In this document: positions 20,960 through 29,999 of the stretch, one piece after another
Layout of the letters: each line of letters begins with the position of its first letter
How positions within the stretch are numbered: position 1 is the stretch's first letter
Assembly: GCA_963675295.2 (NCBI GenBank)
Contig: CAXXKJ010000002.1
Span: 1,664,001 to 1,728,000 of the forward strand
DNA length: 64,000 nt
Direction: 5' to 3'
DNA from: a bacterium
GTDB lineage: Bacteria > Electryoneota > Electryoneia > Electryoneales > Electryoneaceae
Position numbers and translations under genes: made by a program
Notes under the pieces: generated by a model
What the model was told of the DNA's origin: nothing
Databases searched by the model: none
Seen by the model: the letters and a program-made list of their open reading frames with translations, nothing else

Positions 20960-21220
20960 ATGCACACGTACAGTGTAACCGAAGCGAGGGCGCGATTCGC
21001 TGAGATGATCCGTCAATCGAGGAAACACGTCGTCCAGATTACGGATCGTAACCGTCCAGCTGTCGCTGTTTTGGACTGGGACGAATACGAATCCCTGCTC
21101 GAGACGATGGAATTGCTTTCCGACCCGGATGCAATGAAGGAAATCCGTGAGGGCATCAAGGATGCACAAGAGGGGCGCACGATCAGCCTCAAGGAAGTGA
21201 AAAAAGACCTTGGACTGTGA
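20960..21220 (+). CDS. Type II antitoxin, Phd/YefM family
   Basis: 'SVTEARARFAEMI...VQITDRNRPAVAVL...YESLLETMELL'. Confidence 0.92.
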   Translation: MHTYSVTEARARFAEMIRQSRKHVVQITDRNRPAVAVLDWDEYESLLETMELLSDPDAMKEIREGIKDAQEGRTISLKEVKKDLGL

Positions 21221-21531
21221 GGGTGGCCGAGGTTGAGCTGACACAGAAGGCGCACCAGAATTTGCGTGAGCTGCGGAACCCAGCGATTGCCAGACAGATC
21301 ATCGCCCAGTTGGAACGATTGGGCGAGGAACCGCGGCTGGGCAAATTGCTCGGCGACGAATTGCAGGGGTATCGTGCTGTTCGTGCGGCTCGAGGCCGGT
21401 ATCGGGTAGTCTATGAGTATCACGAAGAGCAAAACAAAGTCGTCATTATCCGGATCGGGATTCGACGTGACCGTGACCGCAGCGATGTTTATCAGCAGCT
21501 GAAGCGTGACATCCGCCGGTCAGGCCGATGA
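21217..21531 (+). CDS. Type II toxin, RelE/ParE family
   Basis: GTGA overlap with antitoxin; 'GKLLGDELQGYRAVR...RYRVVYE...IGIR'. Confidence 0.9.
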   Translation: MRVAEVELTQKAHQNLRELRNPAIARQIIAQLERLGEEPRLGKLLGDELQGYRAVRAARGRYRVVYEYHEEQNKVVIIRIGIRRDRDRSDVYQQLKRDIRRSGR

Positions 21532-21674
21532 GTGGGAGTTGCGGTTCTCAGTGAGTCTGACTGATCTGAGTTTAAAGTCAGCAGATCGATATTGTATCCA
21601 CTATATTGCGTGCCGCAGGAAACTGCGGAGTGCGATGATCGTGTAAGAAGTACGTAGTCGGTTCTTTCACAATT

Positions 21675-22053
21675 GGGGACGATTGGTTTCGACGGGACGA
21701 TGGGAGGCGGTACTCGCGCGTCGGGGTGGTTCGTGGCCCCGCACCCCTGCGAACAAACCTTCAAATGCCGATGATTACGGCTATGCTATGGCTGCCTGAT
21801 CTAGCTTAGATCACGCATAAAAAGCCACGTCAACAGTTTGCCTTGGCCGTTCGGCGAGCTGCTTGACGACGCGATGAACGGCCTGCTCGGTTGGCGCGTG
21901 CTCGAGCGCCGCCGCTAAGCTTTTCGAGCTGGATGAATCTGGCCTGCCACTTGGCCTTACGGATTCATTGAGACTGCAATAGAGTGGCTACACGCGTAGA
22001 CGGTATCGTGGCCCCGTATCCGGACCCGGGTTCGACTCCCGGCGTCTCCACCA
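21675..22053 (+). ncRNA. ssrA: tmRNA; tag reading frame 21767-21799 encodes ADDYGYAMAA*
   Basis: 5' GGGGACGATTGGTTTCGAC, 3' T-arm CCGGGTTCGACTCCCGG and CGTCTCCACCA pairing with the 5' end with G3-U; tag ending AMAA. Confidence 0.95.
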
Positions 22054-22057
22054 TGTT

Positions 22058-22096
22058 AGCCCTCAGGCCTTGTGATTAAAGGCTTGGGGGCTTTTT
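22058..22096 (+). terminator. Terminator after tmRNA (element-supplied)
   Basis: AGCCCTCAGGCC...GGCTTGGGGGCT stem followed by a T run. Confidence 0.7.
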
Positions 22097-22107
22097 CGCT
22101 CTTGCGG

Positions 22108-22126
22108 ATGTGCCAGATATGTGCCA
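22108..22126 (+). repeat. Putative integrase arm-type site (ATGTGCCA x2), left copy
   Basis: ATGTGCCAGATATGTGCCA recurs exactly at 33204-33222 and 35570-35588. Confidence 0.75.
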
Positions 22127-22169
22127 TATTTGCTGATACCATCTGGTACGATTAAGGAAATTTTGGAAA

Positions 22170-23264
22170 ATGAACGACCGTCCGAAAGTGCCAACCATCC
22201 GACAGCGCACCAACCCAAGTGGGAAAAAAGTCTGGATTATTGACTACGTCGATCCCGAGACAGGTGGGCGTAAACGCGAAACGATAGGAACACGCAAAGA
22301 AGATGCCGAGCGTCGCAAAGATCACCTTTACGACGAGATGATGGTCCAGTGGCGCGGAGACGGTGTTCTGCTACAAGACGACATCACCATCGAAGATTTG
22401 CTGACAGAATTCTTCCGCCACAAAGAACGATCCCTCAAACCAAAGTCGAAGGTGCGCTACCGGATCTACGAGAAAAACTTCTTGGATTTCATGAAGGCTG
22501 CGTTTCCGCAGGTGACTTTTTGCCGTCAGATTCAGAAAATCTACCTGGAAGAGTGTCTTGATCATCTCGCTCAATCGGGGCAGAAGAACGGTACCGTGAA
22601 CGGGCAGCTAAGATGGTTCCGCACGTTGTTCAACTTTGCCGTTAGGGAGCGCCGACTTCTGACTAGTCCTGCACAGCACATAAGTGGACGTCCGGATGAC
22701 CGAAAAGCCCGACCGAACAAAGCTTGGTCACCTGAACAGGTAGAACAAATCCTACAGAAGCTGAACCCCCACTGGCGACAGATCCACGAATTTCTGTACC
22801 TGACTGGAATGCGGCAGGGTGAACTTATCAACCTTACGTGGGATGCAGTGAAACTCGATGATCGCATACCACACATTTCGATTCAAGCCAGCGATGACTG
22901 GACCCCGAAAGACAATGAAATCAGGCATATTCAGCTTGGTGGGCGCGGTATCGATATCGTCAAATCCCAGTCGAAGCATGAGAACCATCCATACGTTTTT
23001 ACTGGACCGATGGGGAGGAAGATCAACCCGAATAGAATTTATGACGTTCTCAAGGAAGTGCTTAAGGAGCTTGGTTTTCCCGGTTCAACTCATTGGTGGC
23101 GAGGGACTTTCACCTCAAGATTAGCAGAAAAGGGCCATAGCGCCGAAGCTTTGGCGAAACTGTTGGGCCATAGCACCACAGAAATGACAGGCCGATATAC
23201 TTATTTTCGGGATGAACATCTTCAGCAAATCGTCCACGATCTTGATCCAGTAACTGGGGATTGA
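22170..23264 (+). CDS. Tyrosine recombinase/integrase
   Basis: N-terminal arm-binding-like region; catalytic 'TGMRQGEL', 'HWWR', 'LLGH', 'RY'; next to tmRNA. Confidence 0.95.
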   Translation: MNDRPKVPTIRQRTNPSGKKVWIIDYVDPETGGRKRETIGTRKEDAERRKDHLYDEMMVQWRGDGVLLQDDITIEDLLTEFFRHKERSLKPKSKVRYRIYEKNFLDFMKAAFPQVTFCRQIQKIYLEECLDHLAQSGQKNGTVNGQLRWFRTLFNFAVRERRLLTSPAQHISGRPDDRKARPNKAWSPEQVEQILQKLNPHWRQIHEFLYLTGMRQGELINLTWDAVKLDDRIPHISIQASDDWTPKDNEIRHIQLGGRGIDIVKSQSKHENHPYVFTGPMGRKINPNRIYDVLKEVLKELGFPGSTHWWRGTFTSRLAEKGHSAEALAKLLGHSTTEMTGRYTYFRDEHLQQIVHDLDPVTGD

Positions 23265-23716
23265 ACTGAAAATTCCCAAAATTCAATTTGACTGATTCAA
23301 CTTCTACTTCAGCGACCTTAGAAACCTTGTATTATCCTGTAAATTTAACAAAAACAATGTAATGTATTCAATAACTTGAAATCCGTCCTGAAAACACTCA
23401 TAATAGTACCAAGTGAAATCAGTGAAAAGGCGCATTAGGCTGGACCCAGGCACAAATTCGCCCAACAAACCGCAAGTTTACCGCACGTTGATATCCTGAT
23501 TCCCACTGAAGTTAGACCCCAGACAGCGACCACGACCATAGGGGTGTAAACCCCACTGAATCCGCAGGAAATGCGCGCGGAGCCAGGACAGTGACATTCC
23601 GACAAAACGACATATCGACATTGCTGTATTACCGGAAGATTGCAATGTCATGTTCAGCAGAATTTTGGCGAAATTGGCCACTTCTGATCCGGATTCGTGC
23701 AAGAAGAATTTGGGTC

Positions 23717-23744
23717 TTGACAAATTCGAAAACCGTCCTATACT
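23717..23744 (+). promoter_or_regulatory. Near-consensus sigma70 promoter of the replication operon
   Basis: TTGACA-16 nt-TATACT. Confidence 0.7.
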
Positions 23745-24028
23745 TAGAATAGGGCGCGCAGAACTGTTCGCTACCTCGACCTGACCAGACAGCAGACACC
23801 TTACCAGCGACACCCTACAGATTGGTGGATTGCTAAAACCCAGTATCCGGGATTCCCCATCCCGACGTTGGTTGCCCCAATCCATATAGTATCACCCGGC
23901 CGTGTTTCGGATTTCACTTCATCATCCCGCTTCCAGGGATAGCCCGTCCAGGAATTCAGTGGACGGGTTCCCTAACCCGTGGTGATGACTGAAAATGCAC
24001 GGAACATGATCACAACCAGGAGAAAGAC

Positions 24029-24262
24029 ATGGGACTACATACAGCAACAATCGAAATTCTTGAAGACGATCGCCTTTGTGCGGCGGTCATGAAAGCGGTG
24101 GGAAGGAACTATTCAAACCGCTATATCCAGCGTCAATTCGGCGTTTCAAGACGCCAGCTGGAAAGAATCGTCCAGACGTATTCGAATCCGCAAAATGGAA
24201 TGAAATCAATCGGGAATAAGAATGTGAATGGATGGCTAACCGTAGTAAAATCAAAAACATAA
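24029..24262 (+). CDS. Small putative HTH DNA-binding protein
   Basis: AGGAG RBS; 'YSNRYIQRQFGVSRRQLERIV' HTH-like. Confidence 0.65.
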   Translation: MGLHTATIEILEDDRLCAAVMKAVGRNYSNRYIQRQFGVSRRQLERIVQTYSNPQNGMKSIGNKNVNGWLTVVKSKT

Positions 24263-24280
24263 ATAAATCGGAGCTAAAAT

Positions 24281-26746
24281 ATGACAAGTGATATCAAACG
24301 AACACTGAAAACGATCTGTGGGGAAGATCAAATCACAGAATTACGCGCCCTGAATGTGCACGATCCAGAAATGGGGAACACCAGGAATTACAGCGGTTTC
24401 TTCAACGACTATGAAGCAATGGCATCAGAAGCAGAACGAATCGGCCTATACGCCGAAGGGGTCTATTTCACACCGAATCCCGTTGACCCAGCCGCTGTTC
24501 AAGGAAAGATGAACAAGCTGACGCCAGCTGAAACAGGTGGTTCAGCAAAGGACCACGAGGTATCCAGAATCCGCTGGCTACTAATCGACTGCGATCCCAT
24601 TCGAACGACAAAGACTGCAGCAACCGATGTGCAGCGTGATGCAGCGCTGTCACTAGCGCAGCGAATCCGCGAACGTCTTGACGAGCTGGGATGGTCACAC
24701 CCCGTTGTCGCCAATTCGGGCAACGGTGCACACCTTATGTATCGTGTAGATCTGCCGGTTCAAGATAAGCACCTGGTTCAGGGTGCGCTGTTGGCCTTGG
24801 CGGATATGTTCAACACGCCGGAAGTATTGGTCGATGTCAAAGTCCATAACCCGTCCCGGGTCTGGCGTCTGTACGGTACCTGGAACCGAAAGGGCGACAA
24901 CACCCCGGATCGCCCACATCGACAATCAATGATTAACTGGGACGAAACCCCGAATGATCTGATCACATTATCGCGCGAACAACTGGTGGCGATTCAACCG
25001 GTACGGTTTGAATCCAAGGTGTCAACTGGATCAGACGGATCAGGAAACTTCGATCTGGAAGATTGGATCAATGAACATCGACAGAAACTGGTCCCGTATG
25101 GTTTGCGTGGGCCAATGGATTGGACACACGATCTGGCGGGGAATACTGGCACAAAATGGGTGCTTCAAAGCTGCCCTTGGAATTCCGATCACGACAACGG
25201 TGCAGCCTTCATTGTACAGCGTGCAGACGGTCCCGTCGCAGCTGGTTGTCATCATAACGGTTGCCAGGGTAAAGGATGGCATGACCTTCGCGATGTGATT
25301 GAACCAGAATGGCGCAAGCGACGTCGATATCCGCATACGGACTATGGCAACGCCGAACGCCTGGTTGCCCATCACGGCGATGACATTCGCTACTGCTATC
25401 AGCAGAAGAACTGGTATGTCTGGGATGGTACCCGCTGGGCACTGGATGATACCGGCGCTGTCATGCGTAAAGCAAAAGCTACCGCCAGGGCAATCCTTCA
25501 CGAAGCTGATGGTGTGCAGGATCGCGAAAAACGTGATGCCATACTTGGTTGGATGAAGCAGTCCGAATCAGCCCAGAAGTTGAAGTCCATGATCGACTTG
25601 GCGGGCAGCGAAGAAAAAGTGGCAACGTCGGTCAACGAATTTGACCAGAATCCGTGGCTGTTGAACGTCGAAAATGGAACGATCGACCTGCAAACCGGCA
25701 CGCTGAAATTCCACGACAGGGATGATTTCATCACAAAAAAACTACCTGTTCGTTGGCAGGGACTAGATACACAGTTACCACTATGGGAACGCTTCCTGGA
25801 TGAAGCGACTGATGGTGACACTGAACTACAGACTTTTCTGCAACGCGCTGTCGGCTATTCCTTGACGGGTAGGACGGACGAAGAAGTCTTGTTTTTTATT
25901 CACGGTCTTGCAGCGTCGGGCAAATCCACCTTCATTGAAGCTGTCAAAAGCGCGATGGGTGACTACTGCACCACCGCAGATTTCGAAACCTTCCTGAAGC
26001 GCAGCAACACGGGTAGTCCGCGCAACGACATCGCCAGATTAGTGGGATCACGATTCGTTGCATCCATCGAAGTCGATGAAGGCAAAGCCTTGGCTGAAGG
26101 ACTAATCAAATCGGTTACGGGTGGCGACACTGTCAGCGCACGCTTTCTGTTCAAAGAAGCGTTCGAATTTGTACCCGTATTCAAATTGTGGCTTGTTGCG
26201 AACGATGCCCCAGATGTGAAAGCCGGTGACGATGCGATGTGGCGTCGTATTCTGCGCGTACCGTTCGAACACGTGGTACCGAAAGACAAGCGCGATCCAC
26301 AAGTCAAGGCGCAGCTGAAAAATCCAGAAATCGCTGGTCCTGCAATTTTAGCCTGGGCTGTGCGTGGGTGTCTTGATTGGCAGAAAAATGGACTGAACAT
26401 CCCGGACGCTGTCACCAACGCGACCGAAGAATACCGCAAGGAAATGAACCCACTTTCGGACTTCATCACCGACTACTGCACAGTTGACACCAATGATCAC
26501 GTCTTGTGGGAACCGACGGCAAACCTGCGCCAGGCTTATCTGGAATGGGGCAGGTCGAATGGATCCGGACAACACATCAATGACCGCCAATTCGGAAAGC
26601 TGTTGCGTGAAATGGACTGCCAACCAGAATCCAGACAGTTCGGTGGAACGAAAACACGCGGATGGCAGGGTGTCAGATTGGATGAAAGGCACCGCGACGA
26701 CAACGGCAGGTTCAAACCAGTAGTTTGTTTTGATGGTCTGTTCTGA
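24281..26746 (+). CDS. Primase-helicase: N-terminal AEP/PrimPol-like domain, Zn-binding region, D5_N and P4/D5-type SF3 helicase
   Basis: 'LLIDCD', 'SGNGAH', 'RLYGTWNRK'; 'CPW...H...CHHNGC'; 'TDYGNAERL', 'WYVWDGTRW', Walker A 'GLAASGKSTF', 'TGGDTVSARFL'. Confidence 0.92.
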   Translation: MTSDIKRTLKTICGEDQITELRALNVHDPEMGNTRNYSGFFNDYEAMASEAERIGLYAEGVYFTPNPVDPAAVQGKMNKLTPAETGGSAKDHEVSRIRWLLIDCDPIRTTKTAATDVQRDAALSLAQRIRERLDELGWSHPVVANSGNGAHLMYRVDLPVQDKHLVQGALLALADMFNTPEVLVDVKVHNPSRVWRLYGTWNRKGDNTPDRPHRQSMINWDETPNDLITLSREQLVAIQPVRFESKVSTGSDGSGNFDLEDWINEHRQKLVPYGLRGPMDWTHDLAGNTGTKWVLQSCPWNSDHDNGAAFIVQRADGPVAAGCHHNGCQGKGWHDLRDVIEPEWRKRRRYPHTDYGNAERLVAHHGDDIRYCYQQKNWYVWDGTRWALDDTGAVMRKAKATARAILHEADGVQDREKRDAILGWMKQSESAQKLKSMIDLAGSEEKVATSVNEFDQNPWLLNVENGTIDLQTGTLKFHDRDDFITKKLPVRWQGLDTQLPLWERFLDEATDGDTELQTFLQRAVGYSLTGRTDEEVLFFIHGLAASGKSTFIEAVKSAMGDYCTTADFETFLKRSNTGSPRNDIARLVGSRFVASIEVDEGKALAEGLIKSVTGGDTVSARFLFKEAFEFVPVFKLWLVANDAPDVKAGDDAMWRRILRVPFEHVVPKDKRDPQVKAQLKNPEIAGPAILAWAVRGCLDWQKNGLNIPDAVTNATEEYRKEMNPLSDFITDYCTVDTNDHVLWEPTANLRQAYLEWGRSNGSGQHINDRQFGKLLREMDCQPESRQFGGTKTRGWQGVRLDERHRDDNGRFKPVVCFDGLF

Positions 26747-26750
26747 TCCT

Positions 26751-26858
26751 TGGGACGGATGGGTCGCTTCGGGCGGCACTTTCTATTACCCTTCCTTCGT
26801 GAAGGGTTTTCTTATGAAGAATGTGGAATCTGCTGTCCGATCCGCCCTATGTGTCCCA
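26751..26858. repeat. Imperfect 28 bp inverted repeat with nested hairpin right after the primase gene (candidate origin)
   Basis: 26751-26778 vs 26831-26858 about 20/28 complementary plus G-T pairs; inner ACCCTTC...GAAGGGT hairpin. Confidence 0.55.
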
Positions 26859-27024
26859 CCAGAAAATTTCAAAAAATAAAAAAATCAGCTTCGCGTTCCC
26901 TGGCTCGATCTATATAGAAAGCCCGGTATTTTCCTCACCGGGTATTTTCCACCGGCACCCCGTATCTGAAAGCACTTTCTGCTGGCTGACCAGAGGAACT
27001 TCAAACTTATCACGAGAACAATCT

Positions 27025-27243
27025 ATGAAAAATAAAATCAACCACCATTATCTACCCGGCGCAGACTTTGTCCTACCGAATGAAATAGCCGAAATGACGT
27101 ACTTCAAAAAGATCGACTATACAAGGATATCAGAAGATGCCACCGAAGGCTGGGGGATCAGCCTGGGCTATGAAAATCCAGAAGGTGCCGTAGCAGATAT
27201 CTACGAGTACACGCAAGATCGAATCGATCTGCTGATGGAATAG
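27025..27243 (+). CDS. Small hypothetical protein, possibly a fragment
   Basis: 72 aa ORF with protein-like composition; no recognised motif. Confidence 0.35.
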   Translation: MKNKINHHYLPGADFVLPNEIAEMTYFKKIDYTRISEDATEGWGISLGYENPEGAVADIYEYTQDRIDLLME

Positions 27244-27337
27244 AATCGCACGTTGAACCTTTGATTGGTTTCTTCTGTGTGGGCCCTTCTTTTTGTTCAG
27301 GGAGATTTTCGTTCACGAAAGCTCCCGGGGGGATAGG

Positions 27338-27622
27338 ATGAAGCATTTACTCAAGAAAGTCGCCCTCATTGTTCTGATCTCGGTACTCTGTGTTCACGCA
27401 CAAGTTTTTGGCACGACTCACCATGTACCAGCAGATTACGCCAGCATCCAGGCCGGTCTCGACGCTTCGGCATCCGGCGACACCGTGCTGGTCCAACCCG
27501 GAACCTATGTCGAGAACATTGATTGGCCGTCGGTGAATAGTATCAAGCTCATCGCTGCCGGGGATAGCAGCAATACAATCATTGATGAGCGAAATGTTGG
27601 TCGTATTCAGCACCCGAATTGA
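27338..27622 (+). pseudogene. Truncated paralog of the downstream beta-helix secreted protein
   Basis: 'VPADYASIQAGLDASASGDTVLVQPGTYVENIDWPSVNSIKLIAAGDSSNTIID' aligns with 'VPGDYDTIQEALDVAESGDEVLVQPGTYYENLIWPSINGIELVAAGDTSNTFID', then stops. Confidence 0.8.
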
Positions 27623-27994
27623 GGATAGTTTGACGCGATAATGATCACTGGTGATTCCGTGATCCCCCACCATATTCTATTGACGCGTATTCGCCATAGA
27701 CTTTCACTGCGACTCGTTATTGGCTCTAGGGTGCATGTACGTGACATTCGTCACAACACAAGCGACATTCATTCGTTACTTTCGATTGGGGCATTGGGTT
27801 TTCCGAACACACTTCTTCATCCAGATTGGGGGCGACAATTGGATTCCAACCGTTTCGCTAAACACGAGTGGTTGTTCCTCCAGCATTTTGCTAGTCTTTC
27901 CCTTCTTTTCACAGCTGCCATCGATCCGATTGTTAAAACCAGTTGCGTCCGATACAGTTTTACGTACCTAAGATGTGCACTCCTTGGAGGAACC

Positions 27995-29833
27995 ATGAAG
28001 GGCTTCATTCTGACACTGGCCACATTCGCTCTGGTGATGATGGCTATATCACCCGTTTTCGCGGAGACCATTAACGTACCTGGAGACTACGACACTATCC
28101 AGGAAGCTTTGGATGTAGCGGAATCCGGCGATGAAGTGCTGGTGCAACCCGGAACCTACTATGAGAACCTAATTTGGCCATCAATCAATGGCATCGAACT
28201 GGTTGCTGCTGGTGATACGAGCAACACATTCATCGATGGCAACAGTCTGGATCGTGTACTCACCATCGTTAGTGAAGGTGAGATTGATGCGTCAACAAAC
28301 ATTCAAGGATTTACGATTCAGAATGGTGTTGCAGATGGGGATATGCCCGACTGTTTTGGTGGTGGAATGCTCTGTATTGGCTCCAGCCCAACAATCATGG
28401 AATGTTCCTTCAAGAGCAATTCAGCTCGTAGTGGTGGAGGACTTTTCTTCATGGAATCGTTCTCACATATCAGTGACTGCGATTTTTCATGGAATTCAGC
28501 AGAGGAAGATGGAGCTGGTTTATTTGTCAATGAATCGGGCGTTTTGCTTAGCGATTGCATGATCAACAATAACACAGCAAGCGTTTCTCTGGAAGGAGGA
28601 GGTGGCGGGGCTTTTTCGTTGAATTCAGACATAGAATTCCAGGGCTGTATAATCCAGGACAACGTTTCCATCCCGTATTACGGCGGTGGAATGTATTGCA
28701 TAGAGTCGACAATCCAGATGATCGATTGCGACATCAGCAACAACATTGCTGGCATTGATGGTGGTGGCATTGTGTGTGATGAAAACATTGACTTGTCGCT
28801 ATTCGCCTGTACCATCCATGGAAATGAAGCCCATTATGGTGGCGGGATGTACATTGAGTCAAGCGATTTTACTACCATCGTCGATACCCACATTTTTGAG
28901 AACAGTGCATATGAGGGTGGTGGTATCCTTTGTGTGTCTTCTTCCCTGATTGAAGTCATCAATTGCCATATTTCTGCAAACCAGGTAGTTGGAGAAGGAG
29001 GTGGAGTTTACAGCGAGAATTCAGGTCTGGATGCAAGCAGAAGTGTGATTATTGGAAATACTGCGTACGACGGAGGAGGGTTCGCGCTAAACAATTGTGA
29101 TGCAGTGATTAGTAACTGCACCATTTTCGAAAATGCAGCCAACGTGAATGGTGATGGTGGAGGTATCTATTTGCGTGGCCAGTCGAATCCTGTAATCACA
29201 AATTGTGCCATAACAGATAATTCGGGTGAAGGTCTATACGTAACGGACGGCAGTCCAAATGTTTCATTCAATGATTGCTTCAACAACAGTGGCGGTAACT
29301 ATGGTGGAGCAGGTGTCGATACTGATCTTGGAGTACCCACGGGTGAAAACGCCAACGGCGATCCGTGTGACAATTTCGACAACATCGCTCTCGACCCAAT
29401 GTATTTCGATCCGGACAACGATGACTTTCATCTTCAGGACAGTTCTCCCTGCATAGATGCTGGCGATCCCGCCAGTCCTCTCGACCCGGACAATACCGTA
29501 GCCGATATCGGCGCATTCTATTATGATCCTCTTTCTGTCGCGGACTTGGCAGATACCGAATTACCTGGCAGTTATGTCATCTCCCCGGCCTATCCGAATC
29601 CGTTCAACCCAACGACGACGATCAGTGTAACTCTTCCCCGACCAGCCGATCTGAACGTTTCCGTATTCAACATCAATGGACAACAAGTCGCGTCGTTGGC
29701 ATCCGGGACATATCACGTCGGTTCACATACGTTCACCTTCGATGCATCGAACCTAGCCAGCGGGTTGTACTTCATCCGCGCAGCTTTCCCCGGACATCTC
29801 GACCAAGTTCAGAAGATCATGCTGGTGCGATAA
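27995..29833 (+). CDS. Secreted right-handed parallel beta-helix (GGG-repeat, pectin-lyase-fold) protein with T9SS-type sorting domain; island cargo
   Basis: GGAGG RBS, signal peptide, repeated 'N.A..GGG', 'FHLQDSSPCIDAGDP...DIGA', C-terminal 'YPNPFNPTT...QKIMLVR'. Confidence 0.88.
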   Translation: MKGFILTLATFALVMMAISPVFAETINVPGDYDTIQEALDVAESGDEVLVQPGTYYENLIWPSINGIELVAAGDTSNTFIDGNSLDRVLTIVSEGEIDASTNIQGFTIQNGVADGDMPDCFGGGMLCIGSSPTIMECSFKSNSARSGGGLFFMESFSHISDCDFSWNSAEEDGAGLFVNESGVLLSDCMINNNTASVSLEGGGGGAFSLNSDIEFQGCIIQDNVSIPYYGGGMYCIESTIQMIDCDISNNIAGIDGGGIVCDENIDLSLFACTIHGNEAHYGGGMYIESSDFTTIVDTHIFENSAYEGGGILCVSSSLIEVINCHISANQVVGEGGGVYSENSGLDASRSVIIGNTAYDGGGFALNNCDAVISNCTIFENAANVNGDGGGIYLRGQSNPVITNCAITDNSGEGLYVTDGSPNVSFNDCFNNSGGNYGGAGVDTDLGVPTGENANGDPCDNFDNIALDPMYFDPDNDDFHLQDSSPCIDAGDPASPLDPDNTVADIGAFYYDPLSVADLADTELPGSYVISPAYPNPFNPTTTISVTLPRPADLNVSVFNINGQQVASLASGTYHVGSHTFTFDASNLASGLYFIRAAFPGHLDQVQKIMLVR

Positions 29834-29865
29834 CTGAAACTAACATTTGACTTCGCAAAAGGCTA

Positions 29866-29892
29866 AAAGGGGACGACATTGATCGTCCCCTT
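29866..29892. terminator. Bidirectional terminator-like hairpin
   Basis: AAGGGGACGA-CATTGA-TCGTCCCCTT between convergent genes. Confidence 0.65.
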
Positions 29893-29999
29893 GTTTGTTC
29901 ACCACTTCGACTTGATCCACTTCATCAGGACTGATGCACCTTCAATCGCTGTTTCAGCAGCTTTCCCGATTTCGCGCCAGGGGATACGTGCAATTATCA

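Noticed and set aside
20960-21531. Toxin-antitoxin pair as part of the tmRNA island
   Set aside because: It lies upstream of ssrA, outside the att repeats.
27641-27994. Long N-terminal extension of the beta-helix cargo protein (likewise 43162-43374, 9940-10017, 12485-12538, 17868-17906)
   Set aside because: Downstream starts fit better by RBS, signal peptide, family N-terminus or gene overlap.
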